Shown: positions 1 to 9,163 of the stretch, one piece after another
Layout of the letters: each line of letters starts with the position of its first letter
How positions within the stretch are numbered: position 1 is the stretch's first letter
From: a virus
Taxonomy: Duplodnaviria; Caudoviricetes
Length of the DNA: 32,921 bases
Reading direction: 5' to 3' (one strand)
IMG/VR virus record: IMGVR_UViG_3300016476_000647
Location: 1-32,921 of that record
Made by a program: the position numbers and the translations under genes
The notes under the pieces: model-generated
Told to the model about the DNA's origin: nothing
Database searches by the model: none
Seen by the model: the letters and a program-made list of their open reading frames with translations, nothing else

Positions 1-884
1 TTTGCAGAAATTGCTAGACCAACAATACTATCGGTGTATCCCTTTGTAGATGCATCCTCTGGATTTGTTGGCATCTGAAGATTCAACATATCCTGAGTGA
101 TCACGTTGTTGTTGATCTGCCAATCGCTTGCAGTATTTATCACGTTTATATGGTTCTTGGAACCAGATGTCAACGTTCCACCAGCTGAGGTTGGGGCTGG
201 TGCATTTACCCACTCGGTACCATTGAACTGCAGTATCTGCGTGTTGGATGGTGAGGTTAGGGTAACGTTCGTCAAATCGTTTAACCCAAGCGATACGGCT
301 GGCAATGCCTTGTTGATCCAGTTGTCCGTTGCGGTGTCAAAGGTGAGAACCTCTCCATCGGCTGGACTTGAAAGTGGATAGTCGACATCGGCAAGCATCA
401 CGAGATTGGTTGAACCAGCCTTGTTTATTCCAATTGGATCCAGGTTCTCCCAGATATCAACACCGTTTCCAATCCTTAGTTCGACAAGCGTGCTGTCATA
501 GCCCATCTCACCATTGCCAAGGATTGTGCCAGAGGTTGTCCAGCCTACGGTTGTATCCCGTCTGACCTGAATGACTTGATCTCCAGTAGTGGCGTTACCG
601 CCATCCAATGGACCCTGATCAAGCTTGTTGTTTATCGTTGCTACAATCGATGGATCAAGGGTCCAGGTGGTGCCTCCACCTGTCACAACGATGTCTCCCT
701 TGTCTCCGTTTGCAATGGCGGCGTTCCCTATTGTGGGAAGATCCAACCATGCACTTGTTCCATCACCGACACGGATCTCGTGATTGGTGAGGTCGTAAGA
801 GATCTCGCCAAGGGCAAGGGTTGGGTTCACCGATGTCCAGTTGGCTAGAGTATCTCTTCGTATTCTAATGATGTCAAATGGCAT
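1..884 (-). CDS. Tail fibre/virion structural protein with two Mtd_N (hyaluronidase N-terminal)-like modules; truncated by the window edge
   Basis: Not in the ORF track because no stop lies in the window. Manual translation from ATG 884 (AGGAG RBS at 891-895): MPFDIIRIRRDTLANWTSVNPTLALGEISYDLTNHEIRVGDGTSAWLDLP; second copy IQVRRDTTVGWTTSGTILGNGEMGYDSTLVELRIGNGVDIWENL; then LADV..DGEVLTFD..W and LNDLTNV..QILQFNGTEWVN fibre repeats. Frame stays open to the edge. Confidence 0.85.
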   Translation of the reverse strand, partial: MPFDIIRIRRDTLANWTSVNPTLALGEISYDLTNHEIRVGDGTSAWLDLPTIGNAAIANGDKGDIVVTGGGTTWTLDPSIVATINNKLDQGPLDGGNATTGDQVIQVRRDTTVGWTTSGTILGNGEMGYDSTLVELRIGNGVDIWENLDPIGINKAGSTNLVMLADVDYPLSSPADGEVLTFDTATDNWINKALPAVSLGLNDLTNVTLTSPSNTQILQFNGTEWVNAPAPTSAGGTLTSGSKNHINVINTASDWQINNNVITQDMLNLQMPTNPEDASTKGYTDSIVGLAISA

Positions 885-896
885 CAAAGACTCCTA

Positions 897-1169
897 TCAT
901 AGCGTGTTGAATGCACCGCCTGAATTTATATCGTTTGTTCCAATGCTTCCAGCATCTCCACCATCCCTTACAACCGTCTGTGTGTTGATTGCAAAATCAC
1001 CATCTATGACTGTTGCTGGGGCTGGACCAGTGCCAGATGTCGTTAACACCTGAATGTTTCCAGATGCGTATTCTACAACAAGGTTTCCCTCGGCATTTAG
1101 GAACATGCGAACCACTCCGATCTTGGACGGATCGGGGGTTCGCGGAACTATTCGTTTATAGTTTGGCAT
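897..1169 (-). CDS. Hypothetical protein, probably virion/fibre-associated (90 aa)
   Basis: Tightly packed ORF with a GGAAG/AGAAG purine-rich leader; Gly/Thr/Asp-rich C-terminus, sits among fibre genes. Confidence 0.6.
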   Translation of the reverse strand: MPNYKRIVPRTPDPSKIGVVRMFLNAEGNLVVEYASGNIQVLTTSGTGPAPATVIDGDFAINTQTVVRDGGDAGSIGTNDINSGGAFNTL

Positions 1170-1686
1170 CTTCTTTTCTCCTTTGGAATGCAGTATCCAG
1201 CATTGGATCCTTTGCCCTTAGAAAGGCTATTGTTTCCCTTAGAGAAGTGTTGCCCTGTAGTGTCTCATCAAGCAGCTTCGCTTCCTGTTTCTTTGCTTCA
1301 GGAACGAATCCAATAAGCTTCTTGATGAGTGTACCCAGTCCAGTGTACCACAAAAGCACTGTTATTCCTAATATTGATAATGCAACCATTGATATCTCTA
1401 TCATGTTTGCCCACCACGGAATCGTGTCCTTTACCCCCGAAGTCGCTTCGATGATTCCTTCGGTTTTCTCAATAATCTTGGTCTGTTGCGAAATCCCTTG
1501 ATTGGATCTCTCCTTGATTTCATCGAGTCTTGGGGGGTTTGACGAGGCTGCTTCATGGATCTTCTCGAAGTGTGTCTTCGAGTCCTGTGCTAGGGATCTT
1601 ATTGTGTTTGAATTCTTCTGTATCTGTTCTACGGATGAGCACGAAATGCACGCAAGACTAAGAAGAATGATCGTTCTTGTCAACAT
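1156..1686 (-). CDS. Putative lipoprotein with a distal transmembrane helix (spanin-like)
   Basis: ATG 1686 with AAGGAG RBS; MLTRTIILLSLACISC lipobox-like signal, helical middle, TM segment ISMVALSILGITVLLWYTGLG, charged tail. Confidence 0.6.
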   Translation of the reverse strand: MLTRTIILLSLACISCSSVEQIQKNSNTIRSLAQDSKTHFEKIHEAASSNPPRLDEIKERSNQGISQQTKIIEKTEGIIEATSGVKDTIPWWANMIEISMVALSILGITVLLWYTGLGTLIKKLIGFVPEAKKQEAKLLDETLQGNTSLRETIAFLRAKDPMLDTAFQRRKEDAKL

Positions 1687-1945
1687 GTATTCCACTCCTT
1701 ACCATTGCAAGCGTGAGTGTCTGCAGAACATTCCTGATTTCATGAACATGCTTTTCAAGACGTTCTACACGAGACATGACAGTATCGTGCTCTATCGTCT
1801 TGATGTCCTTCATGGATTTTATCTCTGATTCCAATGAGGATATCTTTGATGCAAGCCAGTACACGCAACCTCCTGCTGGAAGAAACAAGACACTGATAAT
1901 CAGCAATAACTGCTCTACTGTTAGTGGATGTGTTGTAGGTTCCAT
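1658..1945 (-). CDS. Small membrane protein (holin-like: single TM plus coiled coil)
   Basis: N-terminal hydrophobic LLLIISVLFLPAGGCVYWLA followed by heptad-rich helix; adjacent to the lipoprotein gene. Confidence 0.55.
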   Translation of the reverse strand: MEPTTHPLTVEQLLLIISVLFLPAGGCVYWLASKISSLESEIKSMKDIKTIEHDTVMSRVERLEKHVHEIRNVLQTLTLAMVRSGIHVDKNDHSS

Positions 1946-1946
1946 A

Positions 1947-3350
1947 TTACGGTGCCAGTGTGAAGGTGTAGGTTATTGGTAGGTTTGTACCAGTCAAGGT
2001 AAACACCTGGTTTCCAATCTTTCCGCCTACAACCTGGATCGTAACACCAGCTGCAGCAGTTGGACCTGTAACGCAATTGATGTCTACGGATGTTCCAGCA
2101 TTCAACGATACCTTGTGAATCACATAGGTATATGCCGTTGATGAGATCTCCCGTCTGCAATAGAAGGAGGCGGATGATACACCCGTGTTCGTTACCCTGA
2201 AGCCGCTGTCGTTTGCGCTGGCACCAGTTAGCTTAAGGAACGTAAGTGAACTCAGGTTTGGAGGAGTCACGTCTACGTTCTCAGTGGCGGTTCCAGCTGA
2301 TGACTTCAACTGACCGTATACCGTGGTGATGGCAGCTACTGAACCACCGCTGATCGTTCCAGTTACATTGAGATTTCCATCGATTGTGGTTGGACCTTCT
2401 ACGGTCAACGTCCCGATGTTGTCCTTGTTCTTTGGACGGATGGTAATTCCCTTGAGGACATTGGCGTTGTTCCATATCTTCATGAAACGACCATCGGTTG
2501 ACATGTTTGCCCTGATCGTCAGGTCATTGCTTGTCGTGCCACCGTCTGTTGATGTGTCAACAAGGATGCTGGTGTCGCCACCATTCAACCTGATGTTGTT
2601 CGTGAATGTCTTGGTAGCGGTTATGGTTTGCGCATCCGCAATCGTCACGACAGCCGTCTTCGCGTTTGTTCCAACGGCAGAGAACTCGACTGGAACCGAG
2701 AAGGTAGCCTGTGTCGAGCTGAGTGACAATGCATTTGCAGCCACGCTTGAACCATTCGTCGGGGCAAGATCGATTGTCTTGCTTGCACCTTGTCCACTTA
2801 TCTTTGCAGAATCAGATAGGAAGATGTTTCCAGAGAATGTCTTTGCACCAGATATGGTCTGGTTGTCGGTCAACGTTACACCACCAGCCGCAATGACCCA
2901 TCCAGTAGCACCCTTCCAGACATAGAGGTTGGAATCGCTGGTGTTGTACCACAGCAATCCAGTATCGTTTACATTGGGGGTTGGCTGGATATCGGTGAAG
3001 AACACACGACCAGCGTTTATCAGAACTCCTCGTTCGTTGAATCCGTTCAACAGTACGTTGGTATTGGATCGGAGTTCAATGAGATTGTTCAACTGGGATC
3101 CGTTGGCGATTACCTTGAACACGCGAAGTGAAGGGTCGAATGACAACCCAGCACCAGGCGCAAGAAGATTCTGACCGCTTATCCGATCCAGTATGACAAC
3201 CGTATTGTCAAAGTCAGTTCCATTCTGGAGACTGATGTTGCTTGAATTCGTGACAGTCCAGCTCTTGTTGGCTGCACTGAATACCCACTGGATCACTCCA
3301 TCGGTATGCGTTGCTCCATCGGCTGGACTATCTGGGAAGTTTATAGCCAT
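1947..3350 (-). CDS. Tail fibre protein (467 aa)
   Basis: MAINFPDSPADG start, LWYNTSDSNLYVW motif, two QTI(S/T)xxKTF repeats, Thr/Ser/Gly-rich beta composition; follows tail genes. Confidence 0.8.
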   Translation of the reverse strand: MAINFPDSPADGATHTDGVIQWVFSAANKSWTVTNSSNISLQNGTDFDNTVVILDRISGQNLLAPGAGLSFDPSLRVFKVIANGSQLNNLIELRSNTNVLLNGFNERGVLINAGRVFFTDIQPTPNVNDTGLLWYNTSDSNLYVWKGATGWVIAAGGVTLTDNQTISGAKTFSGNIFLSDSAKISGQGASKTIDLAPTNGSSVAANALSLSSTQATFSVPVEFSAVGTNAKTAVVTIADAQTITATKTFTNNIRLNGGDTSILVDTSTDGGTTSNDLTIRANMSTDGRFMKIWNNANVLKGITIRPKNKDNIGTLTVEGPTTIDGNLNVTGTISGGSVAAITTVYGQLKSSAGTATENVDVTPPNLSSLTFLKLTGASANDSGFRVTNTGVSSASFYCRREISSTAYTYVIHKVSLNAGTSVDINCVTGPTAAAGVTIQVVGGKIGNQVFTLTGTNLPITYTFTLAP

Positions 3351-3360
3351 GAATTATTCC

Positions 3361-4254
3361 TTAGATTGGAGCCGATACATCGACCCAGTATCCGACCTCG
3401 CCATCAGTTGCCTCCGTAGCTGCTCCGAACTTGTCATCTGGAACATAGACGTAGAGACGGCCATTGGTCGTGTTGTACCACAGTGATCCCCATCCAAACA
3501 GTCCAGCACTTGAACCGCTGGATCTGGTGGGTGAGGTCGTGGATGAGAAGAACGAACTTGGAAGAAGACCAAGTGGGCTTGGCATCTGCGTTGACAGGAG
3601 CTTGCCACTCGAGTCAAGGGTTGCTATTCCGTTTGGAACGCCAAGAAGTCCGTCGATTGTGTCATCGACGTATGCCTTGGTTGCTGCATCCTGTGCCAGT
3701 GTTGGATCCGTTAGGTTGACGATCTTGTGGCTGTTTGCATTTAGATCCTCTTCTATTGGATTGAGAACGACATCTGTGTCTTCTCGATAGATTGCCCTAC
3801 TTGCGGTATCGGTTACTTCCTGAATCAATCCAAGAAGATGATTTGTGTTCAGGTTAAGCTGGTCTGCGGTGATGCGGGAGCCAGTTGTCCACGTCACGTA
3901 AGGCTCGGCAACGATGTTGACGCGCTTTACCGTGATCGATTCCCCAGCCTGCATGGCTGGATATGGAACGGCTGTTCCGCTATCAAGCGTGAACGTGGCC
4001 GATGGTGGGATGTTTATTCCCGTGATTGTCCTGTTTATCTCATCCAGAACAAGCCAATCGGATGCAATCTGTCCAAGACCTCGGTATTCCCGAAGTGATA
4101 GGACCGCTCCGAATACCGTGTCGATGTCGTTTCTAAAAACAAGAAGTTGTTCCTGTTGATCTACGCCATCGACAAGTGTCAGGGATGAATAGGACACAGG
4201 CAATACGAAGGTGGTATCCTTTGAAATTGTTACTGTTGTCTGATTTGTTGCCAT
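3361..4254 (-). CDS. Tail fibre/adaptor protein with T7 gp17-like N-terminal attachment region
   Basis: ITVKRV..VTWTTGSRITADQLNLNTNHLLGLIQE resembles the end of the gp17 N-terminal domain; KIVNLTDPTLAQDAATKAYVD, GIATLDSSGKL and WYNTTNGRLYVY fibre motifs. Confidence 0.8.
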   Translation of the reverse strand: MATNQTTVTISKDTTFVLPVSYSSLTLVDGVDQQEQLLVFRNDIDTVFGAVLSLREYRGLGQIASDWLVLDEINRTITGINIPPSATFTLDSGTAVPYPAMQAGESITVKRVNIVAEPYVTWTTGSRITADQLNLNTNHLLGLIQEVTDTASRAIYREDTDVVLNPIEEDLNANSHKIVNLTDPTLAQDAATKAYVDDTIDGLLGVPNGIATLDSSGKLLSTQMPSPLGLLPSSFFSSTTSPTRSSGSSAGLFGWGSLWYNTTNGRLYVYVPDDKFGAATEATDGEVGYWVDVSAPI

Positions 4255-4256
4255 GT

Positions 4257-6929
4257 TTATCTCAATGAAGAGTTGTTTTTATTAAATACACCCCTGACCT
4301 CTATCTGAGTGATATTGCAGGGACTCAACTTGTCGTTGATTATCTCGATCTTAGTCTCATCGGAGAATCCAAAGATCTTAGCCACGAATAGACCATCCTG
4401 ATCTATCTCGTTATTTACCTCGAGATCAGTTGCAGAGAACTCGGATATAAGCTTGTTTGATCTACCACGCCTGGTAACTTCAACACGGTATGTTCCAGTA
4501 TTGCTGTGACGGATCTGCATGGTCTTTAGGTTAAGTACACCTTCGATTATGTTGTTTCCATTGTCACGAACAAATAGCGGTGACAGCTCAACAAGCATTG
4601 TGAATGGAGTTCCAACCCACACTTTCTTTCCAAGATGCTCCGTCAGGTCTATACCAGAGAACACAACTTTGGTTATGTTTCCAACATTGACAACAGACGA
4701 TGCCTTGAATACAGAGTATGCCATGTCATCGAAATCTGATGTAAGAACCACATAGCAATCCTGATTTGAAATAATATATGGAACGTCTATTGTGGTTTCA
4801 ACGGCTCTTGCGGAGGTGTTTGCTCCCGTTATCTCAAACTGAGATAGCGAATCAAGGCGAGGAACCAGAGTGTTTTCCTGTTCCAGTAGGTTTGTCATTA
4901 TGTACCACGCGGATGCCGATGCAATTGATCTCTTTACAGCGCAGTACAGGTAGTTATCCCATACCTTTATTCCATACACCTCGTCTTCGGATTCCAGAAC
5001 GTATCTCCAGAATGCCGATTGAATTAGTTGATTTCCGTCAAATCTGTTGCAGTACAAATAGATGTTGTTCTTTTCATCCTCGTCAACAGCAAGTATGTAG
5101 TTCTGAGATACAGCTGTGGTCACATCCTGATAGTTCATTGGAAGATACCCACGAACAGTATTGGATAATTCCACGGCTGTGTTGAATTCACGACTATCCT
5201 GATTCAGGTAGATGTACAACCTTTCCTTATCCAGGAAATAGATCTGGCTTCCAAGTTGCTGTGGATCTACAAGATCTGCGGTCGAGTAGAACGTGGTGCT
5301 CGAGATCTCTGCCGTCAACGGAGAGATCAGGTTGTTGTCTCCCTTTAGTTCAAACTGTACACCGCCCTTTGTATTGACGAACAGGTACTGGTTGAACGGA
5401 AGCATTGCCGTTATCTCTGCATAATTGTTGCAGGCTGCACGTACATCTATTGGATCGCTTACCGTTACATTTGATGGATCCTTGATCCATAGGTCCTCTA
5501 GAACACCGAGCTGCGAGGAAAAGATGATATCTCCTGATGAGAAGAATAGTCTGTCCCTGAAGTTGCAGATTGATGTAAGCTGGACATGACGAGCTTCGCC
5601 ATCTGTCGTTAGAAATGGAGATGGGCCTGGATTCGTATTCCTATCTCCGACAGTTCTTGGAGTCCACTCTATCGGACTCAGAGAGAAAGATCCCTCCGAG
5701 AACACAAGTCTCTGTGGCATTCTCTTCTTGTCTACGACGGAGCAGAAATCTGGAGTTCGTACCTTCTGGGTATATGGTTTTCCAGTTCCAGTCACCTCGA
5801 TGAATCCGTCATCGAATACCTCTCCCTCTGGAAAGGATACGATCCTGTAGAAACCAGCATCAAGGGAAAGGTATGGAGCATCACAATAGACGATCTTTCC
5901 TCTTCCCTCCGCTGGAGAAGCACCGTTTGCGTAGTATGTGGTGGACGGATCGTAGAACAACTCGAGCATATCCTTGGCCGTGGAATCCAGCGTATCCAGG
6001 TTCTCATTGTTTGCAATCCAGTCGTTGTTGTCTGGTGGAAACCTGAGTTCACCGAAGTTGCGAACTGATTGTCCAAGCCATGGTTTCTCAAAATCTCCGA
6101 ACACATAGTCTTCGGCTGGAATGAACTTTGCACTCCAGTCTGGATCGAATTCCTCGCCTTCACGAAGGGTATAACCCTGTGGATACATGCGTCCATCGGT
6201 TGTCTTCACGATACGTGTAGCCGTGAAATACGTCACCTTTCCACCGACCGAATCAACGGTGCTGAGTTCGCTGCCGTTGAGATCCACGGTCTTTCCAGAT
6301 GTACCGCTGGTGAACCCAGCGTATACCTTGGTATTCAGATAGAAGATGTTTGTTCCGATCTGAAGCGACTTGATTACCTCTCGTACCTTGCCTTCTGCGA
6401 AGGTGAGGTACTGTCTCGTTATCTTGGATACCACTCCAAGATCAAGCACAAGGTTGTATCTTTCAAGCAGCGTTGCAGATCCGCCATAGTTGATTGCAAG
6501 TTGAAGCAATTCAAACCGCGGATCCTCCTCGGTGATTCCATCCGTTCCATTCCACTGAAGCAACTCGTCCTCTGGATCCCACTGCGATTGAGGGGTTACG
6601 TTTGTCCATCCAGTCTCGGAGACCTTGATGACATACAGTATCTTTTCGGTTGGTTGCGTTGCATTTCTGTCGATTATGACAAGATATCTGTTGCTTCTAT
6701 CCAGTTGAAACCACGTGAAGTGGGGATCGGAACTGGTTGGAAGAAACGACAGATTGTATTCACCCACGCCTGGAAGTATGGAGAAACCAGGACGTTTTTC
6801 AACGGATCTCTCCAGTGATACCATACAGTTATCCAGGTTTTCGGCCTGAAAGGGAGTTCTCTTTGAAGCTGGTTGACGTGATACACCACCACTTAGGGTA
6901 TAGATGGGTATTAGTTGCTTCTCTGCCAT
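4257..6929 (-). CDS. Tail tubular protein B / nozzle (T7 gp12-like)
   Basis: N-terminal LSGGVSRQP..KRPG, NFRDRLFF, SDPIDV, QSAFWRY; 890 aa directly after the gp11-like gene. Confidence 0.92.
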   Translation of the reverse strand: MAEKQLIPIYTLSGGVSRQPASKRTPFQAENLDNCMVSLERSVEKRPGFSILPGVGEYNLSFLPTSSDPHFTWFQLDRSNRYLVIIDRNATQPTEKILYVIKVSETGWTNVTPQSQWDPEDELLQWNGTDGITEEDPRFELLQLAINYGGSATLLERYNLVLDLGVVSKITRQYLTFAEGKVREVIKSLQIGTNIFYLNTKVYAGFTSGTSGKTVDLNGSELSTVDSVGGKVTYFTATRIVKTTDGRMYPQGYTLREGEEFDPDWSAKFIPAEDYVFGDFEKPWLGQSVRNFGELRFPPDNNDWIANNENLDTLDSTAKDMLELFYDPSTTYYANGASPAEGRGKIVYCDAPYLSLDAGFYRIVSFPEGEVFDDGFIEVTGTGKPYTQKVRTPDFCSVVDKKRMPQRLVFSEGSFSLSPIEWTPRTVGDRNTNPGPSPFLTTDGEARHVQLTSICNFRDRLFFSSGDIIFSSQLGVLEDLWIKDPSNVTVSDPIDVRAACNNYAEITAMLPFNQYLFVNTKGGVQFELKGDNNLISPLTAEISSTTFYSTADLVDPQQLGSQIYFLDKERLYIYLNQDSREFNTAVELSNTVRGYLPMNYQDVTTAVSQNYILAVDEDEKNNIYLYCNRFDGNQLIQSAFWRYVLESEDEVYGIKVWDNYLYCAVKRSIASASAWYIMTNLLEQENTLVPRLDSLSQFEITGANTSARAVETTIDVPYIISNQDCYVVLTSDFDDMAYSVFKASSVVNVGNITKVVFSGIDLTEHLGKKVWVGTPFTMLVELSPLFVRDNGNNIIEGVLNLKTMQIRHSNTGTYRVEVTRRGRSNKLISEFSATDLEVNNEIDQDGLFVAKIFGFSDETKIEIINDKLSPCNITQIEVRGVFNKNNSSLR

Positions 6930-7583
6930 TTAACGTCCTCCGTTCCAGTACCTACCCATATCGTAGTTGATATATGGCCATCGTTGAATGGCCTCGCTAC
7001 CAGACAATATGTTTCTTCGTCTGTCGGTTATGTTGTTTGCCCTTGCCTTGATGCGGTTCATTGCCTCTGATTCGGCAAGCAGGGAGTCGGCAACACGATC
7101 ACCTTGGGTGAGCATCTGATACTTTCGCATTGCGCTTGCAAGTATTGCTCGTTGTGTCGTGGTATCCAGCTGTTCCCACTTAAGTAACGCGGTGATGGAT
7201 ACATAGTATTCCTCACTGGTTGACCACACATCCGTTTCATCCGTCATGTTGTACAGACGTGGTGGATTGGTTTCAGTTACCCTTGCCCTGATCTGAATGC
7301 TGTCTGCATTATAGTGGGTTGAGGCAAGAGATGCCTCGATGATGCCCTGGTAATCGTTGTTTGGATATCCAAGAAGGATATGACCATTGTCATCTGGTTC
7401 GATCTTCTTGATGAATTTGTTCTCTGCGATTCCCCTGAGTTGGTGCTCGAGGCTGTGCTGATCCAGTAGGAATTCAGCGATGCCCGTGTCTATACCCGAT
7501 GCTTCCTGAAGGTCAGCCACCAGGCTTTCCCCCGCAGACAGCATCATCATATTAACTGCATCTAGTCTTGATAAATATCCCAT
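6930..7583 (-). CDS. Tail tubular protein A / adaptor (T7 gp11-like)
   Basis: Likely start ATG 7583 with AAAGGA RBS; RLDAVNMMMLSAGES matches the gp11 N-terminal pattern; follows capsid and terminator. Confidence 0.9.
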   Translation of the reverse strand: MGYLSRLDAVNMMMLSAGESLVADLQEASGIDTGIAEFLLDQHSLEHQLRGIAENKFIKKIEPDDNGHILLGYPNNDYQGIIEASLASTHYNADSIQIRARVTETNPPRLYNMTDETDVWSTSEEYYVSITALLKWEQLDTTTQRAILASAMRKYQMLTQGDRVADSLLAESEAMNRIKARANNITDRRRNILSGSEAIQRWPYINYDMGRYWNGGR

Positions 7584-7612
7584 AGATGATTCCTTTCTGT
7601 TTGGGGATAATG

Positions 7613-7645
7613 AAAAACCTATGCCCCCACTTAAGGAGGCATAGG
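7613..7645 (-). terminator. Intrinsic terminator after major capsid gene (T-phi analogue)
   Basis: Minus strand CCTATGCCTCC-TTAAGT-GGGGGCATAGG-TTTTT: 11-bp stem (one G-U) plus U tract, in the position of T7 T-phi. Confidence 0.85.
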
Positions 7646-7759
7646 CGTGTACAACCACATGTTTGTACATGTGGAGGAGATGTCTGATCACCGTAACCCT
7701 TCTGGCTGAAGTCTTTGCTAAACTAAAACAAAGAATTACGATTCCCAAACCTAAGTTAA

Positions 7760-9151
7760 TTAGGCGTATGGGAAGCCAGTAGAGGAGGTGTTTACGACCT
7801 CACGAGTCATGCCCATGAGAGTACGAAGACCCTGACGTGCCTTGGCTGCAGCATCGCCACCAGCACCTGCACCCTGAACTGCGGTGCTGATGTTTGCGGC
7901 ATTGGTGGTTGCGGCGGCGTTGATCCAGAAGAGGTCAACATTGGCCTTGGTTGCACCAACGATGTTTGCTTCGGTTGCGGTTGAAGCACTGCTGAGAAGC
8001 GTGTTGGTTGCGTTTGGCTTGACAAGTACTGCGGCGCACTCTGGACGGAGAACGCCAGTACCAGCCATCATGCTTGCAACGGTGAAGGTGGTGTTGCGAC
8101 GGATGTCGTCAACGGTATCGACCTTGAGACCCTGAAGCTTGAGTGATGCAACTGCGCCTCTCTGGAAGAGAAGACCGCAGATACCAGCATCACCGAAGGT
8201 TAGATTGTAACGTGCCTCACCAATGCTGGTGGTTACGTTGTCAACTGGGAGGTGATTGCTCTTGATGATGGTGACACCCATGTACTGGAGGGTGTCGGTG
8301 AGGTTGTTTAGACCCTGGGTTAGGGCTGCACCGAGACCACCAGCGGCGGCAACGCCACCGAACATTGGCTGCATGTTTGCAGCAACGGTTGCGGAGGTTG
8401 CTACGCCAAGAGCGCGGATGTCCTGGAATGCTCGTGGAGTTACCGCAAGGTAAACGCCATCGGTTGGAGCATTGATGGTCTGGAGGTATACAACGAAGTC
8501 CTCGCAAGCCTTGAGAGCCTCAAGAGCAGCGGCGGCGCGATCTGCGGTTGGTGAGGCTGCGGTTCCAAGGTCAAAGAACTTGGCGTTCAGGAAGACTGGA
8601 CCAGCTGGAACGGCGCGTGGATCGTCACCGCTGAGTAGAGCTGGAGTACCATCGCCATCGTATCCTGAGTTGTAGTTTAGATCTTCAGCCGCAGCGCGTG
8701 CAATGTAGGCAGCAATCTGCTTGTCACGTGCGTTGGCGAGGGTAAGACCAGCCTGACGTGCAAGTTCCGAACGGAACTCCCACTGGGTCTGCATGAGATC
8801 GACGTTATCAATCTCGAAGTGAGCAGCGATTGGACGCTTATCGAGCTTGATTGCAATGGTTGCCGACTTGCTGTCGGTGGTTGAACCAATGAGTTCAACG
8901 CCAGCGTTCCACGCGGCATTGAGTGCAACGGTACCAGTGACTGGGAACTCCATAGCAACGCCGTTGCTGATGGTCTTTGAGTCAACGAGTGACTCGAACA
9001 TGTTGTACTCGTCGTATGCATGGATGGTCTCGCCGCTCCAGATGGAGAGCCAGAGCTTGTTTGCACCTGCAATTGGACCAAGAATACCAGCTGATGCGGA
9101 GTCTCTGTATGGAATATTGTCTGCGGTAACGTCAGTGCCTGTAACGGCCAT
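7760..9151 (-). CDS. Major capsid protein (T7 gp10-like) with about 86-aa C-terminal extension
   Basis: LWLSIWSGE, ELARQAGLTLANARDKQI, GVTIIKSNHLP, GTGVLRPECAAVL; AAAGGA RBS; follows scaffold. Confidence 0.95.
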   Translation of the reverse strand: MAVTGTDVTADNIPYRDSASAGILGPIAGANKLWLSIWSGETIHAYDEYNMFESLVDSKTISNGVAMEFPVTGTVALNAAWNAGVELIGSTTDSKSATIAIKLDKRPIAAHFEIDNVDLMQTQWEFRSELARQAGLTLANARDKQIAAYIARAAAEDLNYNSGYDGDGTPALLSGDDPRAVPAGPVFLNAKFFDLGTAASPTADRAAAALEALKACEDFVVYLQTINAPTDGVYLAVTPRAFQDIRALGVATSATVAANMQPMFGGVAAAGGLGAALTQGLNNLTDTLQYMGVTIIKSNHLPVDNVTTSIGEARYNLTFGDAGICGLLFQRGAVASLKLQGLKVDTVDDIRRNTTFTVASMMAGTGVLRPECAAVLVKPNATNTLLSSASTATEANIVGATKANVDLFWINAAATTNAANISTAVQGAGAGGDAAAKARQGLRTLMGMTREVVNTSSTGFPYA

Positions 9152-9163
9152 GTTTTATATCCT

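Noticed and set aside
1-884. Mtd_N-like modules suggesting a diversity-generating retroelement
   Set aside because: No reverse transcriptase or template/variable repeat pair in the window; Mtd_N-like modules are common in ordinary fibres.
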